IMG/VR virus record: IMGVR_UViG_3300028196_000007
Span: 1-64,000 of that record
Source of the DNA: a virus
DNA length: 64,000 bases
Reading direction: 5' to 3' (one strand)
The notes beneath the pieces were generated by a model. It ran no database searches. It was not told where the DNA came from and worked only from the letters and a program-made list of their open reading frames with translations. A program made the translations under genes and the position numbers. The number at the start of each line of letters is the position of its first letter. The first letter of the stretch is position 1. This document shows positions 9,976-22,561 of this stretch, piece by piece.

Positions 9976-10428
9976 CTATTTACTCATTAAAACGTCATCA
10001 TCGAACTGATAGTCTATAAGCTGTAATAAGCCCATTTTCTGTAAAAACAATGTTCTGTAACTATTATTATAAAACCTGGCTAAGTCTTGTTTCAGTGTTC
10101 TAATATAAAATCTGTTCGAAGACTCTTCCATTATAAGCTTAGGTATATCCAAAGCTCTTCTTTTGTATTTTGGTATCATACGAATACCAGTATCTCTTGC
10201 AACATTATTGAATACAATAGTACTAATCTCATTTAGATTGAGTACATGAACCATATTTCTAAATCCTGGATTTAGTATCAAGAACATATATTGCTTTTTC
10301 TCACCTTGTCTATTTTCATAAAGATTAGAGACTACCATCCCTTTTTGCAAATCATTTTTTGGTATAATTAACCTTGATTGCATTTTCATCAAGTGCATGT
10401 TATAATAATTTGTAGAAGGTCTTTTCAT
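9976..10428 (-). CDS. Hypothetical protein
   Basis: 150 aa ORF within the operon. Confidence 0.65.
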   Translation of the reverse strand: MKRPSTNYYNMHLMKMQSRLIIPKNDLQKGMVVSNLYENRQGEKKQYMFLILNPGFRNMVHVLNLNEISTIVFNNVARDTGIRMIPKYKRRALDIPKLIMEESSNRFYIRTLKQDLARFYNNSYRTLFLQKMGLLQLIDYQFDDDVLMSK

Positions 10429-10913
10429 TATATATCGCCTAAAGCAAAGCCTTTAACTTTTTTACAAGCTTCTAAATAACTTATAAAGTATTCAGCTTCT
10501 TCCATGTTTACTTTAGATTCATAAGTGTCAGTTACAAGTCTAGACTTTTCTTCAACTGTAAGTGGCTGTATTGGTGCGTAACACCATTTTATTAGTTCGT
10601 CACCTACGCTTTCTCCATCCTTTACAGCTTGAACTTTACCTACAGGGAAAACCATTGCTGTTGCTGTTTCTATTGTTGCTGGGTACCAATATGATTCTCC
10701 ATCATCGTACCTTAAGTCTTTTAATAAATCTGGCATCCCTTCTTCAAATTTTTTCATATCAAAATCTGGATGCTTTTTATAATTTAAAGGATATTCATTA
10801 GTATAATATCCTGTACTTAAATCCATTTTAGATGCTCCATTTTTTTCATCAAATTCTTGAAGGACCATATTTTTTCCTGTTATCGGGCTTTTGCCCCAAT
10901 TTTCTTTATTCAT
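10428..10913 (-). CDS. Hypothetical protein
   Basis: 161 aa ORF, coupled to both neighbours. Confidence 0.65.
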   Translation of the reverse strand: MNKENWGKSPITGKNMVLQEFDEKNGASKMDLSTGYYTNEYPLNYKKHPDFDMKKFEEGMPDLLKDLRYDDGESYWYPATIETATAMVFPVGKVQAVKDGESVGDELIKWCYAPIQPLTVEEKSRLVTDTYESKVNMEEAEYFISYLEACKKVKGFALGDI

Positions 10914-12186
10914 AAGTCTGTAACTCCTCTAATTTAGGTATTTCAACATCAAAGCTTGGTAAGTATTTTTCAAGTATCTCACCAAATTTAACAGTCATGG
11001 TATTAAGTGAAAAATTATCTTTCATGTGTTTTGTTTGTTTTCTAGATTTTTCTAAGTATTTTTTATAATTTTTATGCAAGTCCTTAAGGATGCTTGAAGC
11101 AAATCCATAGTTTACATAAAACCATTGTGAATCCTTCATGATAACATTTTCCCATTCAACTGACTTGTGTATTTGCTTCATCTCGCCTTGAAGTAGTATA
11201 CCATATTCATTTAAAAAGTCAACATGACCTGACCACCCAGGTGCTATAGTTGGTTTTCCTGTGATTGAAAATTCAGCAAGAGGTCTGCCATATCCTTCAC
11301 CATGCGTAAAGCTAAGCATCGCTTTAATCTTAGGGTGATTGTATAAAGAATTCATTTCATTATCTGCTAAGTCTCCCCAAACAATATAAATACTAGGAAG
11401 TTTTTTGCCTTCAGATTTAAAGCCAGATTTGATATTATTTATCTTGCTTTTTAACTGAACTTCTTCAGGTACAGAAAAAGCTATTCCTGTCTTTATTACC
11501 AAAGCAGGTTGGTTTCTTTCTGCAAGTGGTGAAAAAGTACTTAAGAATGTGTGTATTGTACCACCTATATCTTTTCTATCGTGTAGAAAGTCACCGTTCA
11601 TCCAATGTCCACATAGAAGGAAGCAGAAGTCTTCTTTTATACCGCTCATAGTTTCAGAAACAGTTTTTTCAATATCACTTGTTTTATTATATACATTAGT
11701 GTCAACTCCTTCGAACAACACTTCTAATGGCTTCACTGAACTTAATGTTTCAACTGCTTGTTTTGTTCTTGAGTCCATTTTGTCATATGTACATGTAAAC
11801 CCTCTAGCTGAATGCTGTGAAGGTACGATGTTCATGTCCATTCTATTCATTCCTTCTATCCATGTAGGTGAAACCCTGTCAGTTTCAATTCCTGCAGTTA
11901 TTCCAATATTGTATTTACCTACAGGCTGAAACTCATTTGGAACTGTTACTTGAATCCAAATATCAGGTTGTTCTTTCATGTCGCCTTGTAATGCAAGCTT
12001 TGCCAAATCAGAATTCTCTTCTCTATTCAGCTCTGTTCTAGGACAGTTTCCCCATCTCTGGTCAATAATATTTATGTCAAATTTATTCAAATCAATTAAA
12101 CTTCTTATTAAGTCTCTTGAGTGATTTCCGTAACCACTTCTGCTTGATGCAGGACAGCTAATTACTATTTTTGGTTTGTTATTCAT
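10906..12186 (-). CDS. GT4-like glycosyltransferase
   Basis: SGYG, RKDI, GEGYGRPLAE, WSGHVDF. Confidence 0.82.
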   Translation of the reverse strand: MNNKPKIVISCPASSRSGYGNHSRDLIRSLIDLNKFDINIIDQRWGNCPRTELNREENSDLAKLALQGDMKEQPDIWIQVTVPNEFQPVGKYNIGITAGIETDRVSPTWIEGMNRMDMNIVPSQHSARGFTCTYDKMDSRTKQAVETLSSVKPLEVLFEGVDTNVYNKTSDIEKTVSETMSGIKEDFCFLLCGHWMNGDFLHDRKDIGGTIHTFLSTFSPLAERNQPALVIKTGIAFSVPEEVQLKSKINNIKSGFKSEGKKLPSIYIVWGDLADNEMNSLYNHPKIKAMLSFTHGEGYGRPLAEFSITGKPTIAPGWSGHVDFLNEYGILLQGEMKQIHKSVEWENVIMKDSQWFYVNYGFASSILKDLHKNYKKYLEKSRKQTKHMKDNFSLNTMTVKFGEILEKYLPSFDVEIPKLEELQTYE

Positions 12187-13601
12187 TATGATAATACTCC
12201 TGTTGGATAAGTAGGTTCTTCTTCGTTCATATCTATTAGTTTAAATCTTTTTAGCGGCTTCCATGTGTTGAATAGACTTTCGAAAGAATTTATAACAGCG
12301 TTACACATACCTTCTCTATTGAATCCGTTTTCTATTGCCCAAGCTCTACCTTCTTTTCCGCATAATTCTCTTTTTTCTTTCTCCATATCATACCAGTATT
12401 TTAGTCCTTTTTCAATATCGCATATTGTAGGTCTGCTATCATATATATATGGTGTCACCGGCGAACCCTGAATACTTTGATTTGGCCAAAGAGGGTATGT
12501 CCACTTTCCATAATCTTTAGATATTAAACCTGTACTGTTACTAGGCTTATCTTCTGTAAAGTGTTTTACAGACAGCTCTTCGCCGTCAACCTTAAAGCCC
12601 ATCTGGTCCTGCAGACCACCAAGTACGGTTGCTATAGTAGGTGTTCCAGACATAAGAGATTCCATATGAGATAATCCAAAACCTTCTGCTGAAGATGGAT
12701 TACAAGTGACATCTGCTATATTATATAACACGTTTAGCTGAGTGTGTGGTAATTTAGAAGTACTAAATATTAAATTCATTTTAGGGTATAATCTATTTGC
12801 CACTTCTTGAAGATGAGTACCGTGTTCATCTACAACATCAGTGTGCATTATTAAAAACGCCTTGCTTCTATCTTCTTCACTAAGCTTAGAAGAAAACTGG
12901 CCAAATGCCTGTATTAAATCAGAACAGCCTTTTCTTCTAATATTTCTACTGTTATAAAAAGCAACGAATTCAGGTTCAACGTCTCCAAACAGATTTGTTG
13001 ATGTTCCAATAAGCTCAGGTGACATATCATCTAAAGGGAAGTATTTCTTGTCATCAATTCCATGCTGCACATAGTGTAAATCTTGCCCTTCTACTCTTGG
13101 TTTTCTTTGGCACACATGCTTGTTTATATTGTATGTCTGTTTAGATATACCCATAAGCAAGTCGCATGATTCGTAGAAAGGTTCATTCCAATGAGGGAAT
13201 GGAAGGTCATCCCATATATTATAGTATGCTATTGGCGTATGCTCTCTTAATTCATGACACATATCATATAGCCATCCCCAGAACCTAGGGTCTGTAAAGT
13301 GCATGATAGCGTCTGGTTTTTCTAAAGATATAACATCTCTTAATACATCTGGATTACCATATCCAGAAAATGGTAGTATCTTTATATAACCATCAGTTAC
13401 GCCGCCTGACTCTTGAATTGTTTCAGGTGCTTGTGATAAGTCTACAAATCCTTTTCCTTCGTCAGGGTGTTTGATAGCACCACCAATTTGTACCCAATCA
13501 TATTTGTGCAATGTTCCCATTACAATTTCTCTTGACATTGTACCTACACCGGAATGTAGCCTCATGTCATCTCCTAATAATAGTATCTTCTTTTTTGCCA
13601 T
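12186..13601 (-). CDS. GT4-like glycosyltransferase
   Basis: HGID, RNIRRK, EGFGLSxxESL, GGLQDQ. Confidence 0.85.
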   Translation of the reverse strand: MAKKKILLLGDDMRLHSGVGTMSREIVMGTLHKYDWVQIGGAIKHPDEGKGFVDLSQAPETIQESGGVTDGYIKILPFSGYGNPDVLRDVISLEKPDAIMHFTDPRFWGWLYDMCHELREHTPIAYYNIWDDLPFPHWNEPFYESCDLLMGISKQTYNINKHVCQRKPRVEGQDLHYVQHGIDDKKYFPLDDMSPELIGTSTNLFGDVEPEFVAFYNSRNIRRKGCSDLIQAFGQFSSKLSEEDRSKAFLIMHTDVVDEHGTHLQEVANRLYPKMNLIFSTSKLPHTQLNVLYNIADVTCNPSSAEGFGLSHMESLMSGTPTIATVLGGLQDQMGFKVDGEELSVKHFTEDKPSNSTGLISKDYGKWTYPLWPNQSIQGSPVTPYIYDSRPTICDIEKGLKYWYDMEKEKRELCGKEGRAWAIENGFNREGMCNAVINSFESLFNTWKPLKRFKLIDMNEEEPTYPTGVLS

Positions 13602-13770
13602 TGTTTATAACCTTTTCTTTTATTGTGTTTCTATAACCTTTGTTGTTAATAAACTCCATAAGAGATATTTGTACTAATTCTCTAAATGTAATTTTCTCAT
13701 CTATAGAAAGTTTTCTAAAACTATCCCATGATTCTATGTCTACTTTAACTGATGTTAATTTTTGTTTCAT
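13567..13770 (-). CDS. Ribbon-helix-helix-like small DNA-binding protein
   Basis: LTSVKV beta-ribbon plus two helices; start at MKQKL with AGGAG upstream. Confidence 0.5.
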   Translation of the reverse strand: MKQKLTSVKVDIESWDSFRKLSIDEKITFRELVQISLMEFINNKGYRNTIKEKVINNGKKEDTIIRR

Positions 13771-13816
13771 AACTAATCTCCTTGAATGCATATATAAATA
13801 TATACCTATATATGTT

Positions 13817-14215
13817 TTATGAGATAATCACAACACTTTTTTTTAATTTTTTTGCCTCTTTTATTGTATTTTCACTACCACTAGACTTTGCACCTTCTGG
13901 TATAAATGCTATTAAGTAGTCTACATAATTTGCTATCATCTTGTTTCTATGAAAGAAATTTTTTGGTTGGTATTTCTTACCATAATAATTTTCGTGCAAT
14001 GCTGAATATAAATTTTTTGGAGTATGAGCTGGATTAAATTCGATATATTTGCAGTTTAATTCTATTGCATATTTCTTTGCAAATTTATCTGCACCATCTC
14101 TACAGCCACCGGAAACTATTGTTATATCGTCAAATCTACCTTTTAAAGAAAATATAGTATCTTTTATTTTTCTAAAATTTTGATATTCTCTACTTCCTAT
14201 TACCCCTATTTTCAT
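13817..14215 (-). CDS. SLOG family protein (DUF2493/YspA-like)
   Basis: IGSR, VSGGxxxGAD, RNxxI, LIAF, SSGSxxT. Confidence 0.8.
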   Translation of the reverse strand: MKIGVIGSREYQNFRKIKDTIFSLKGRFDDITIVSGGCRDGADKFAKKYAIELNCKYIEFNPAHTPKNLYSALHENYYGKKYQPKNFFHRNKMIANYVDYLIAFIPEGAKSSGSENTIKEAKKLKKSVVIIS

Positions 14216-15126
14216 ACAGCCAACCTTTGTTTAGGATTACATAAGTCATGTCGTTTTTTGAAAGGACAATATGTACAGCCAGATTTTAGTGCAGGGTATT
14301 CGCCATCCGGATTTCGCTTGCCGTTTACAAATGCTTTTTCTACAAATTCCTTAAGTATCTTATCTGTTTTATTCATAGAAGGCTTACCAGCTGGTGGTCT
14401 ATATTGCTGTATACGTTTTTGTGGGAAGTCTAGGTTTTCATATAACTTACGCTTGACAATAAAGTATTCTATGTCTATGTCTGATTCGTCTACACCGTAT
14501 TGTTTTGCAAAATACTTTTTGTATATACGAAGCTGGTCACCTTCGCCTTTTTTCTTCTTTGCTTTCCAGCCAAACATAGATGTTTTTATATCTACAATCT
14601 TTATCCTGTCACCTTCTTTCATTACAAGGTCGACAAAACCCATAACCATTATTTTATCTGAACCATCTACAGGACACAGTATAGGTATTTCTACACCTAA
14701 TAACTCTGTATTTTTTTTAGAAAAATAAGCACCTCTACGCCTTTTGAATTCTTCGATAATTTCTACACCATCGTTATAAAAGTCATTGATTTCTTCTGAA
14801 AATGAAAAGTGTTTACCGTCCTGTTCATCGACTGCTTTTTTGTATTCTAGCTTCATTGTGTCTGATAGCTGTTTGTGCAGGTCAAGCTTATTAGCATTTA
14901 CAATAGAATCCTTATACATTGTGTCTAAATATGTTTGAAGAACCTCGTGCATTGCAGTACCAAAAACCAAAAACATACTAGGTTCGAAGTCTCTTATTCT
15001 GTCTACGTATGTTAACTTCCATTGTAGTGGGCAGTTTTTGTACATGTTGATTTGACTATAAGAAATGGTAGTCTTACCTTGTTTTCTTGCGGCTATTGCC
15101 AAGTCTTTTGGTGTCTTGATGTTCAT
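14212..15126 (-). CDS. PD-(D/E)XK exonuclease, Cas4/AddB-like with Fe-S cysteines
   Basis: SYSQ..CP, GTAMH, GFVD, IVDIKT, QLxxY, CTYC...C. Confidence 0.85.
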   Translation of the reverse strand: MNIKTPKDLAIAARKQGKTTISYSQINMYKNCPLQWKLTYVDRIRDFEPSMFLVFGTAMHEVLQTYLDTMYKDSIVNANKLDLHKQLSDTMKLEYKKAVDEQDGKHFSFSEEINDFYNDGVEIIEEFKRRRGAYFSKKNTELLGVEIPILCPVDGSDKIMVMGFVDLVMKEGDRIKIVDIKTSMFGWKAKKKKGEGDQLRIYKKYFAKQYGVDESDIDIEYFIVKRKLYENLDFPQKRIQQYRPPAGKPSMNKTDKILKEFVEKAFVNGKRNPDGEYPALKSGCTYCPFKKRHDLCNPKQRLAV

Positions 15127-15145
15127 AATGATTTATTTATATATC

Positions 15146-15176
15146 TAATATACGCAAAATAACCGAGATAAAAAAA
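15146..15176 (-). promoter_or_regulatory. Putative early/middle promoter (class A)
   Basis: Coding-strand consensus TTTTATATnTCGG-n6-7-TTTGTTATATTA; copies near 6223, 19093, 22503, 27141, 31530, 35518, 36564, 36976, 40526, 60288. Confidence 0.7.
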
Positions 15177-15180
15177 TTTT

Positions 15181-15381
15181 TTAGCGATTATTTTTAATAA
15201 GTTTGTCAAGATATTGCTTTGCTTTCAGTAGGTCTTCAATACCATTTTTGTGCTGCCATCTTGTTACGTACTTTATTATATTACCTTCGAAGAAGTCGAG
15301 CTTGTGAGAATAAGCATAATCCCACATCTCGATTCCTTGAGTGTAATGTTTAGGATGTTTTATAATATCATCCTTAGCCAT
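15181..15381 (-). CDS. DUF3310 family protein
   Basis: HPKHY, GNIIKYVTR, KNGIEDLLKAxxYL. Confidence 0.85.
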   Translation of the reverse strand: MAKDDIIKHPKHYTQGIEMWDYAYSHKLDFFEGNIIKYVTRWQHKNGIEDLLKAKQYLDKLIKNNR

Positions 15382-15633
15382 TTGGCTGGTCCTTAGGTAA
15401 AAATCCTTCGTTTATATGACCACAGTCTGTACACTTATATATCTGTAAAGGTATAAGAGTATCTTTTCCTGATGGTGACATTACAGCTGAAAGCTTTTTA
15501 AATAAAAATGCTGGTGCAAATGTTTGGCATTCACATTTTTCGCATAGCATGTCTTCTAAATCATTAGGATTTATATTTAGCTGTTGCTGGGCCTGCTGAC
15601 CTTGATTTGGATTTAAGTTTATTGTTTTTGACA

Positions 15634-15634
<1 letters not shown>
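15374..15634 (-). CDS. Small zinc-ribbon protein
   Basis: CEKC ... CTDCGH. Confidence 0.7.
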
Positions 15635-17540
<1,906 letters not shown>

Positions 17541-17551
<11 letters not shown>

Positions 17552-18266
17552 GTTTATCCTCTTTTTCTAATTCATACTCTGATTTTGTACACACAACGCC
17601 TGTCTGCTCTTTTACAAGTTCAGGTGTTGTACATGATTGATTAAAACTTGCAAACTCTGTGTGTGATTTCCATCTTCCACATCCAGCAAATAAACAGCCA
17701 AACGCGTTAGATAAATAATCTGCTTTAGCATATTCACATTTTTTTGTAATGTCACACATAGGTTTAAAACCTTCAGCCAAACCTATACCTGCTTCTATCA
17801 TCTTTTCTCTTAATAGCCAGTGTAAACCAACAATAAATTCTTCTTCACAAAATTGAAGTCTTCTTGTCATTTGACCTCGAAGCGAACCTATATTTTGCTC
17901 TACAACATAACTACATTCTCTTGACATAAGATTTAGTGCAGACATTTCTACTTGAGAAAACATGTTTACTTCACGCTCTTCTCTAATCTCCTCAAGCTGT
18001 TCCAATGTTTCTATAACCTCTTGTTTAAATTTAGGGTCTTTCTGCATTGTATCCCATACTTGTGTATATACAACATAGTTTGGTTTTTCGCTTACCTTAT
18101 AGTCTTTAAATTTAATTCCAACTCTAGCTCTTGAATGCTGATCGTATTGACATACTGGTGTTCCTGTTACTTTATATGTTATCATTTGAGAATCAGGATT
18201 CCACATTAGTATTTCAACGTCTAGACATTCGATGCCTTTTTTAATTTTAATATTACTCATTTTCAA
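17541..18266 (-). CDS. Divergent ThyX-fold protein B
   Basis: TYKVTG..CQYDQHSRAR (cf. TFxIxGVSR..HQxxRHR); NIGSLRGQMTRR; Cys-rich PMC..KC tail. Confidence 0.55.
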
Positions 18267-19068
18267 ATAACTTTTTATCAGATTCTTTCAAATCCTCATA
18301 TTTAATATTTTTAATAAACTCTAATACATTTTCTGTATCTTCTGATATCACTCTTAAGTATTCACCTATTAAAGGGAATTTTTCTGTAACTGATTCCACA
18401 ACCTTTTTATATAATTCATTTAATGCCCAGTCTTTATTGTCCATTAGATTGAAAGTGCCTGACGCATTAAAACCTCTCATGCTCACAAGTGAAAGTAGAT
18501 TCTGTCCAAAATGATATGAGTGCTGGTATGATTGTGGTAAAAATGACCTTGCAGACTGCCAAGAAGCTTGGTCTGTATCTAAAGCTTTTGAATAAAGAGC
18601 CTTAAGTCTCTCCATAACTTTTATCTCCTTCTCCTCTAAAGAAGAAAGAGTTACGATGTCTACATCTGATTTATTGTTATCACGGCAGCCTATACTCATA
18701 AAGCTAGTAAATGGTGTTTGTGTGTGATAGTCGAATAGCCATCTTGGTACACCTCTTACACGAAATATAAACTGTATCATTTCTCTTGCTTGAGGCAGTG
18801 TGTTGTGAGTCATTACAGCCTTTACAACTTCAAGCTTTCCTTCTGGTGAAGTTAATGGCCATTTTCTTTTAAATTCATTATCACCCCATGTCGATGTGCT
18901 AGTAACAAACATAGACTTATAAGGATTTGACATGTGGTCTTCTAATGTGACCTCAACCTCATCTGATAATATTTTGAATTCTGTTTTTAGTAGTGGCTGT
19001 TCCTCAGGTAATGTTCCCATTACAATTCTCAGGTTTTCTACCACGTCGTAACTTAATTTATCTTGCAT
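18253..19068 (-). CDS. Divergent ThyX-fold protein A
   Basis: H...E..QFIFRVRGVPRW, AxWQSARSFLPQS, GQNLLSL, FP; RHR motif absent. Confidence 0.65.
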   Translation of the reverse strand: MQDKLSYDVVENLRIVMGTLPEEQPLLKTEFKILSDEVEVTLEDHMSNPYKSMFVTSTSTWGDNEFKRKWPLTSPEGKLEVVKAVMTHNTLPQAREMIQFIFRVRGVPRWLFDYHTQTPFTSFMSIGCRDNNKSDVDIVTLSSLEEKEIKVMERLKALYSKALDTDQASWQSARSFLPQSYQHSYHFGQNLLSLVSMRGFNASGTFNLMDNKDWALNELYKKVVESVTEKFPLIGEYLRVISEDTENVLEFIKNIKYEDLKESDKKLFENE

Positions 19069-19123
19069 TTCTATAACCTTTTTATTTAATATAAATATAA
19101 CAAAACTTTCCGATATATTAAAA

Positions 19124-22100
19124 TTATATCAACTTTTTTATCGAAGAGTTTTTGCTTTTTGTGAAACCAAATTTGTTTTTTGATGAAGGTATTAAAACAA
19201 ACTCACCTTCGTTAAGACCTGATATATCTCTAGTATTAAATATGGTTATAAACAACTGTTTGACGTCATCTTCTAACACAATTTTATAAAATTCCCTACC
19301 TGTCTTTTTAGATTTTTTAATAATTATTTTGTTTATAATACCATATAGTTGGAACTGACCTTTATCCAAGTCATCAGGTATTTGCTTAGGACTTGTTAAC
19401 TGTGCAATAATATCAGGTGCGTGGTCGTAGAAAAACTCCTTATATTTTGCAAAAGGGTGTTCGTTAAAATAAAAATCAAAGTATTTCTTTTCCCATTCAA
19501 ACTTTTGTGTTTTGTCCCAGTCTTTTTCACCTGTAGTTTCCTGTAAGATTTCTTGAATTATTGCATCGATTGTCTGCGACTTCTTTTTGTTTCTACAGGC
19601 ATTTACTATTTCCTCTAACACTCTAGAGTTTTTAAGTATAGAGTTAAAATAACCTAGTCTACAAAGAGGTTCGTATGTACGCTTTGTAACTTTTTTACTA
19701 AGTATAAATTCTATAAGTTCTTTAATTGTATTGATATCACTTTTTTTGATAGAGTTTATAAGTGCAGCATCTTTATCTGGTATACCTTTTACAAGGTTTA
19801 ATCCAAATTTTATAGAATCATTTTCATAGTCTATTTCAAAACTATTACCTGTCTGTCCTATTTCGAAGTCATTAAACTTTATACCTTTACTTTTTATCTG
19901 TTTAACAAACCAGCTTAACTCTGCATTTGTTGAATGGTTAAGAAGCGAAGCGTAATACTCTTTTGGAAAATGTACCTTTTGCCACATTGATATATAAGCG
20001 TTCATAGCATATGCTAGCGAGTGAGACTTATTAAATGAGTATTCTGAATATTTACCTAGTACGTCTAGTAACTCATCTATATCTCTATCCTTCATGCCAT
20101 TTGCTTTTGCGCCTTTTTTGAATCTATCAAGCATATCATAGAAATTACCTTTCTTTTCTTGATTACCTTTATGTAGTAATTTAAGAATTTTTCTACCACC
20201 ATCTGCTTCAGCAAGTGTAAAGCCACCAATTTTTTGTAGAATAAACATAATCTGCTCTTGAAATATTGGAACACCAAATGATTCTCCTAATATATCCCAC
20301 AGCAGTGGTGATTTTTCGTCTAGCAAAAATTTTGCCTCTTCCGGATTTTGTCGGTTTTTGATATACTCGTCAATTCCTCCGGCCTGAATTATTGCAGGTC
20401 TAAACATGGCATTGATGGATGATAAGTCAACAATGTTTTTAGGTTTTATTGTCCTAATTAAATTTATCATATTATCAGAGCCAAATTGAAATATGTCTTT
20501 ACAGTTACCTGTTTCGAACTCATCATAAACCATTTTGTCATCGAAGTCAGATTTTAGAATTCGTTGTTCTAAACCTTTTTCTCCATGCTTGCTTTCTATA
20601 AGTTTGAATGTATCATTTATTACTGATGCTGCTTTAAGACCAAGAATATCTAGCTTACAATAACCAAGTTCACTAACCTCTCGTTCATCACCACCTTCTT
20701 GTACACCAGTTACTGTTTCGCCTTTTAATCTTAACAAAGGTATTTCTGAACAGTCTAAATCTTTATTACTTACTAATATACCTGAAGCGTGTCTACCTGT
20801 TTGTCTTACCATACCTACCATTTTAGGTGCAACTTTCAAGAACAGTTCTTTGTTGTCCTTTATAAACGCCATTAAGTCTTTTTCACCTTTTTTCTGTGCA
20901 ATGCTAAAAGCGTTTTTCATTTCTATATCTATAGGTGAGTTTGGGTCATCGCTAAAATATCCTGTAAGTTTGTTTGATAATACAAAGTCAAGTTCATGTA
21001 TTCTACATAAATCCTTTACAGTTGTTTTAGCACCAAATTTTCCAAAGTTTGCAATGTGACATACACGTTCAGTACCAAACTTTTCTTTAAGATAACCTTC
21101 GCACAACTTTTGTGTATCGGAATCAATGTCCAAATCCACATCGGCAGGGTCAATTCTAGCAGGGTTTAAGAACCTTTCAAAAATTAAATTATGTCTTATC
21201 GGATCGATTTTTGTAATATCTAGTACAAATAGTACAAGTGAACCACCAGCAGAACCTCTACCAGCACCAGTTGCACCACCTACTTTGTATACAAAATTAT
21301 TTAATAAGTCATCTAGAATTAAAAAATAATCGATAAATCCTTTGTCTTTTATAATGTCTAATTCGTATTTAAGTCTGTCTGTATATCGTTTGTCGTTTTC
21401 AGGTAGTAAGCCATTACCTATTTTTTCAACCCATTTAACTTTTAGCTTATCCATAAATTCAGTTTCACTTTGCTTTTTGTCTTCATGATACTTAGGGAAG
21501 TTGTCAGGATATTTTGGCAATTCAATATTTACCTTGTCGTTTATTTCAAAAGTAGAATCTATTGCAAGTTCAAGAAAGTTTTTATCCATTCCATATTTTT
21601 CTGCTTCAGCATATATTTCATCTATCTCTTTAATATAAAGTGAGTGTACTGTATAAAACCAATCATCTGGAGTGTAAGACTGTACAGTTTCTCTTTGACG
21701 TATTACATATAAAAGATATTGAATGTACCAATCATCTTTATTTGCATAGTGATAATCAAGAGAGAACACAGGCTTTATTCCTGTTTTCTGATATACTTTA
21801 TGATAGAAATTATTACATTGCATTTGTATATCTAGATTGTTTAGCTGTATCTCCAAATAAAAATCATCACCAAACTTATCTCTATATTTTTTTATAAGTT
21901 CTAATGCTGCAACTTCATTTCCTGCAAGTATATATTGATTCCATTTTGATTGTAAACAACCTGTTGTAATTATATTATTCTCATCTAGTGTATTGTATAC
22001 TTTATCCATACTTGAAAGAGGCTTTCTATAAAACGTATCGAAACTTGCATTAGATACTTTTAATATATTCTTTACACCTTCATAGTTTTTTGAATAAACT

Positions 22101-22477
22101 AAAGTGTGATTGTTTGCAGCAGCAGTCTTATCAAGGTGTTCACCAGCATCACCAATTACATCTGTAGAACCTTTTTTAAGTTCAAGGAACTTTTCATTAT
22201 CTGAGTGGTATAAGTCATTTGTATATAGTTCACAACCTACGATTGGATTTATATTACTTTCCTTTGCATGTTTATAAAACTTGTAGAAAGACGACATATT
22301 TCCATGTTCGGTTAGTGATATACCAGGTGCACCAACCTCTTTTGCACGCGTCATTATATCTTCAATTTTTGTTACGCCATCCCCTTGTGAGTAAGTAGAA
22401 TGGCCATGCAAAGGAACGTAATTTGTAAATTTATTTCCTGTTTTGTATTTTAGTTTTAAGTCACACTTTTGACACAT
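19124..22477 (-). CDS. dnaE: DNA polymerase III alpha subunit (family C)
   Basis: PHP motifs HxHSxYS, EHG, GCE, DYHY; GRGSAGGS, FERFLNPAR, DVDLD, KLDILGL, FNKSH. Confidence 0.95.
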   Translation of the reverse strand: MCQKCDLKLKYKTGNKFTNYVPLHGHSTYSQGDGVTKIEDIMTRAKEVGAPGISLTEHGNMSSFYKFYKHAKESNINPIVGCELYTNDLYHSDNEKFLELKKGSTDVIGDAGEHLDKTAAANNHTLVYSKNYEGVKNILKVSNASFDTFYRKPLSSMDKVYNTLDENNIITTGCLQSKWNQYILAGNEVAALELIKKYRDKFGDDFYLEIQLNNLDIQMQCNNFYHKVYQKTGIKPVFSLDYHYANKDDWYIQYLLYVIRQRETVQSYTPDDWFYTVHSLYIKEIDEIYAEAEKYGMDKNFLELAIDSTFEINDKVNIELPKYPDNFPKYHEDKKQSETEFMDKLKVKWVEKIGNGLLPENDKRYTDRLKYELDIIKDKGFIDYFLILDDLLNNFVYKVGGATGAGRGSAGGSLVLFVLDITKIDPIRHNLIFERFLNPARIDPADVDLDIDSDTQKLCEGYLKEKFGTERVCHIANFGKFGAKTTVKDLCRIHELDFVLSNKLTGYFSDDPNSPIDIEMKNAFSIAQKKGEKDLMAFIKDNKELFLKVAPKMVGMVRQTGRHASGILVSNKDLDCSEIPLLRLKGETVTGVQEGGDEREVSELGYCKLDILGLKAASVINDTFKLIESKHGEKGLEQRILKSDFDDKMVYDEFETGNCKDIFQFGSDNMINLIRTIKPKNIVDLSSINAMFRPAIIQAGGIDEYIKNRQNPEEAKFLLDEKSPLLWDILGESFGVPIFQEQIMFILQKIGGFTLAEADGGRKILKLLHKGNQEKKGNFYDMLDRFKKGAKANGMKDRDIDELLDVLGKYSEYSFNKSHSLAYAMNAYISMWQKVHFPKEYYASLLNHSTNAELSWFVKQIKSKGIKFNDFEIGQTGNSFEIDYENDSIKFGLNLVKGIPDKDAALINSIKKSDINTIKELIEFILSKKVTKRTYEPLCRLGYFNSILKNSRVLEEIVNACRNKKKSQTIDAIIQEILQETTGEKDWDKTQKFEWEKKYFDFYFNEHPFAKYKEFFYDHAPDIIAQLTSPKQIPDDLDKGQFQLYGIINKIIIKKSKKTGREFYKIVLEDDVKQLFITIFNTRDISGLNEGEFVLIPSSKNKFGFTKSKNSSIKKLI

Positions 22478-22561
22478 AGATTACCTTTTTTATATTATAC
22501 TATAATATAACAAATTTATGGGAGATATGAAAGGATTTGAGGAAGTATTTTTTGAAAGTTA

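Noticed and set aside
14212-15126. CRISPR-Cas locus
   Set aside because: No repeat-spacer array or other cas genes seen; solo Cas4-like nucleases are common in phages
20092-20277. Short alternative-frame minus-strand ORFs (also 36542-36745, 44628-44837, 59310-59519)
   Set aside because: Nested in longer genes, with no RBS or motif support
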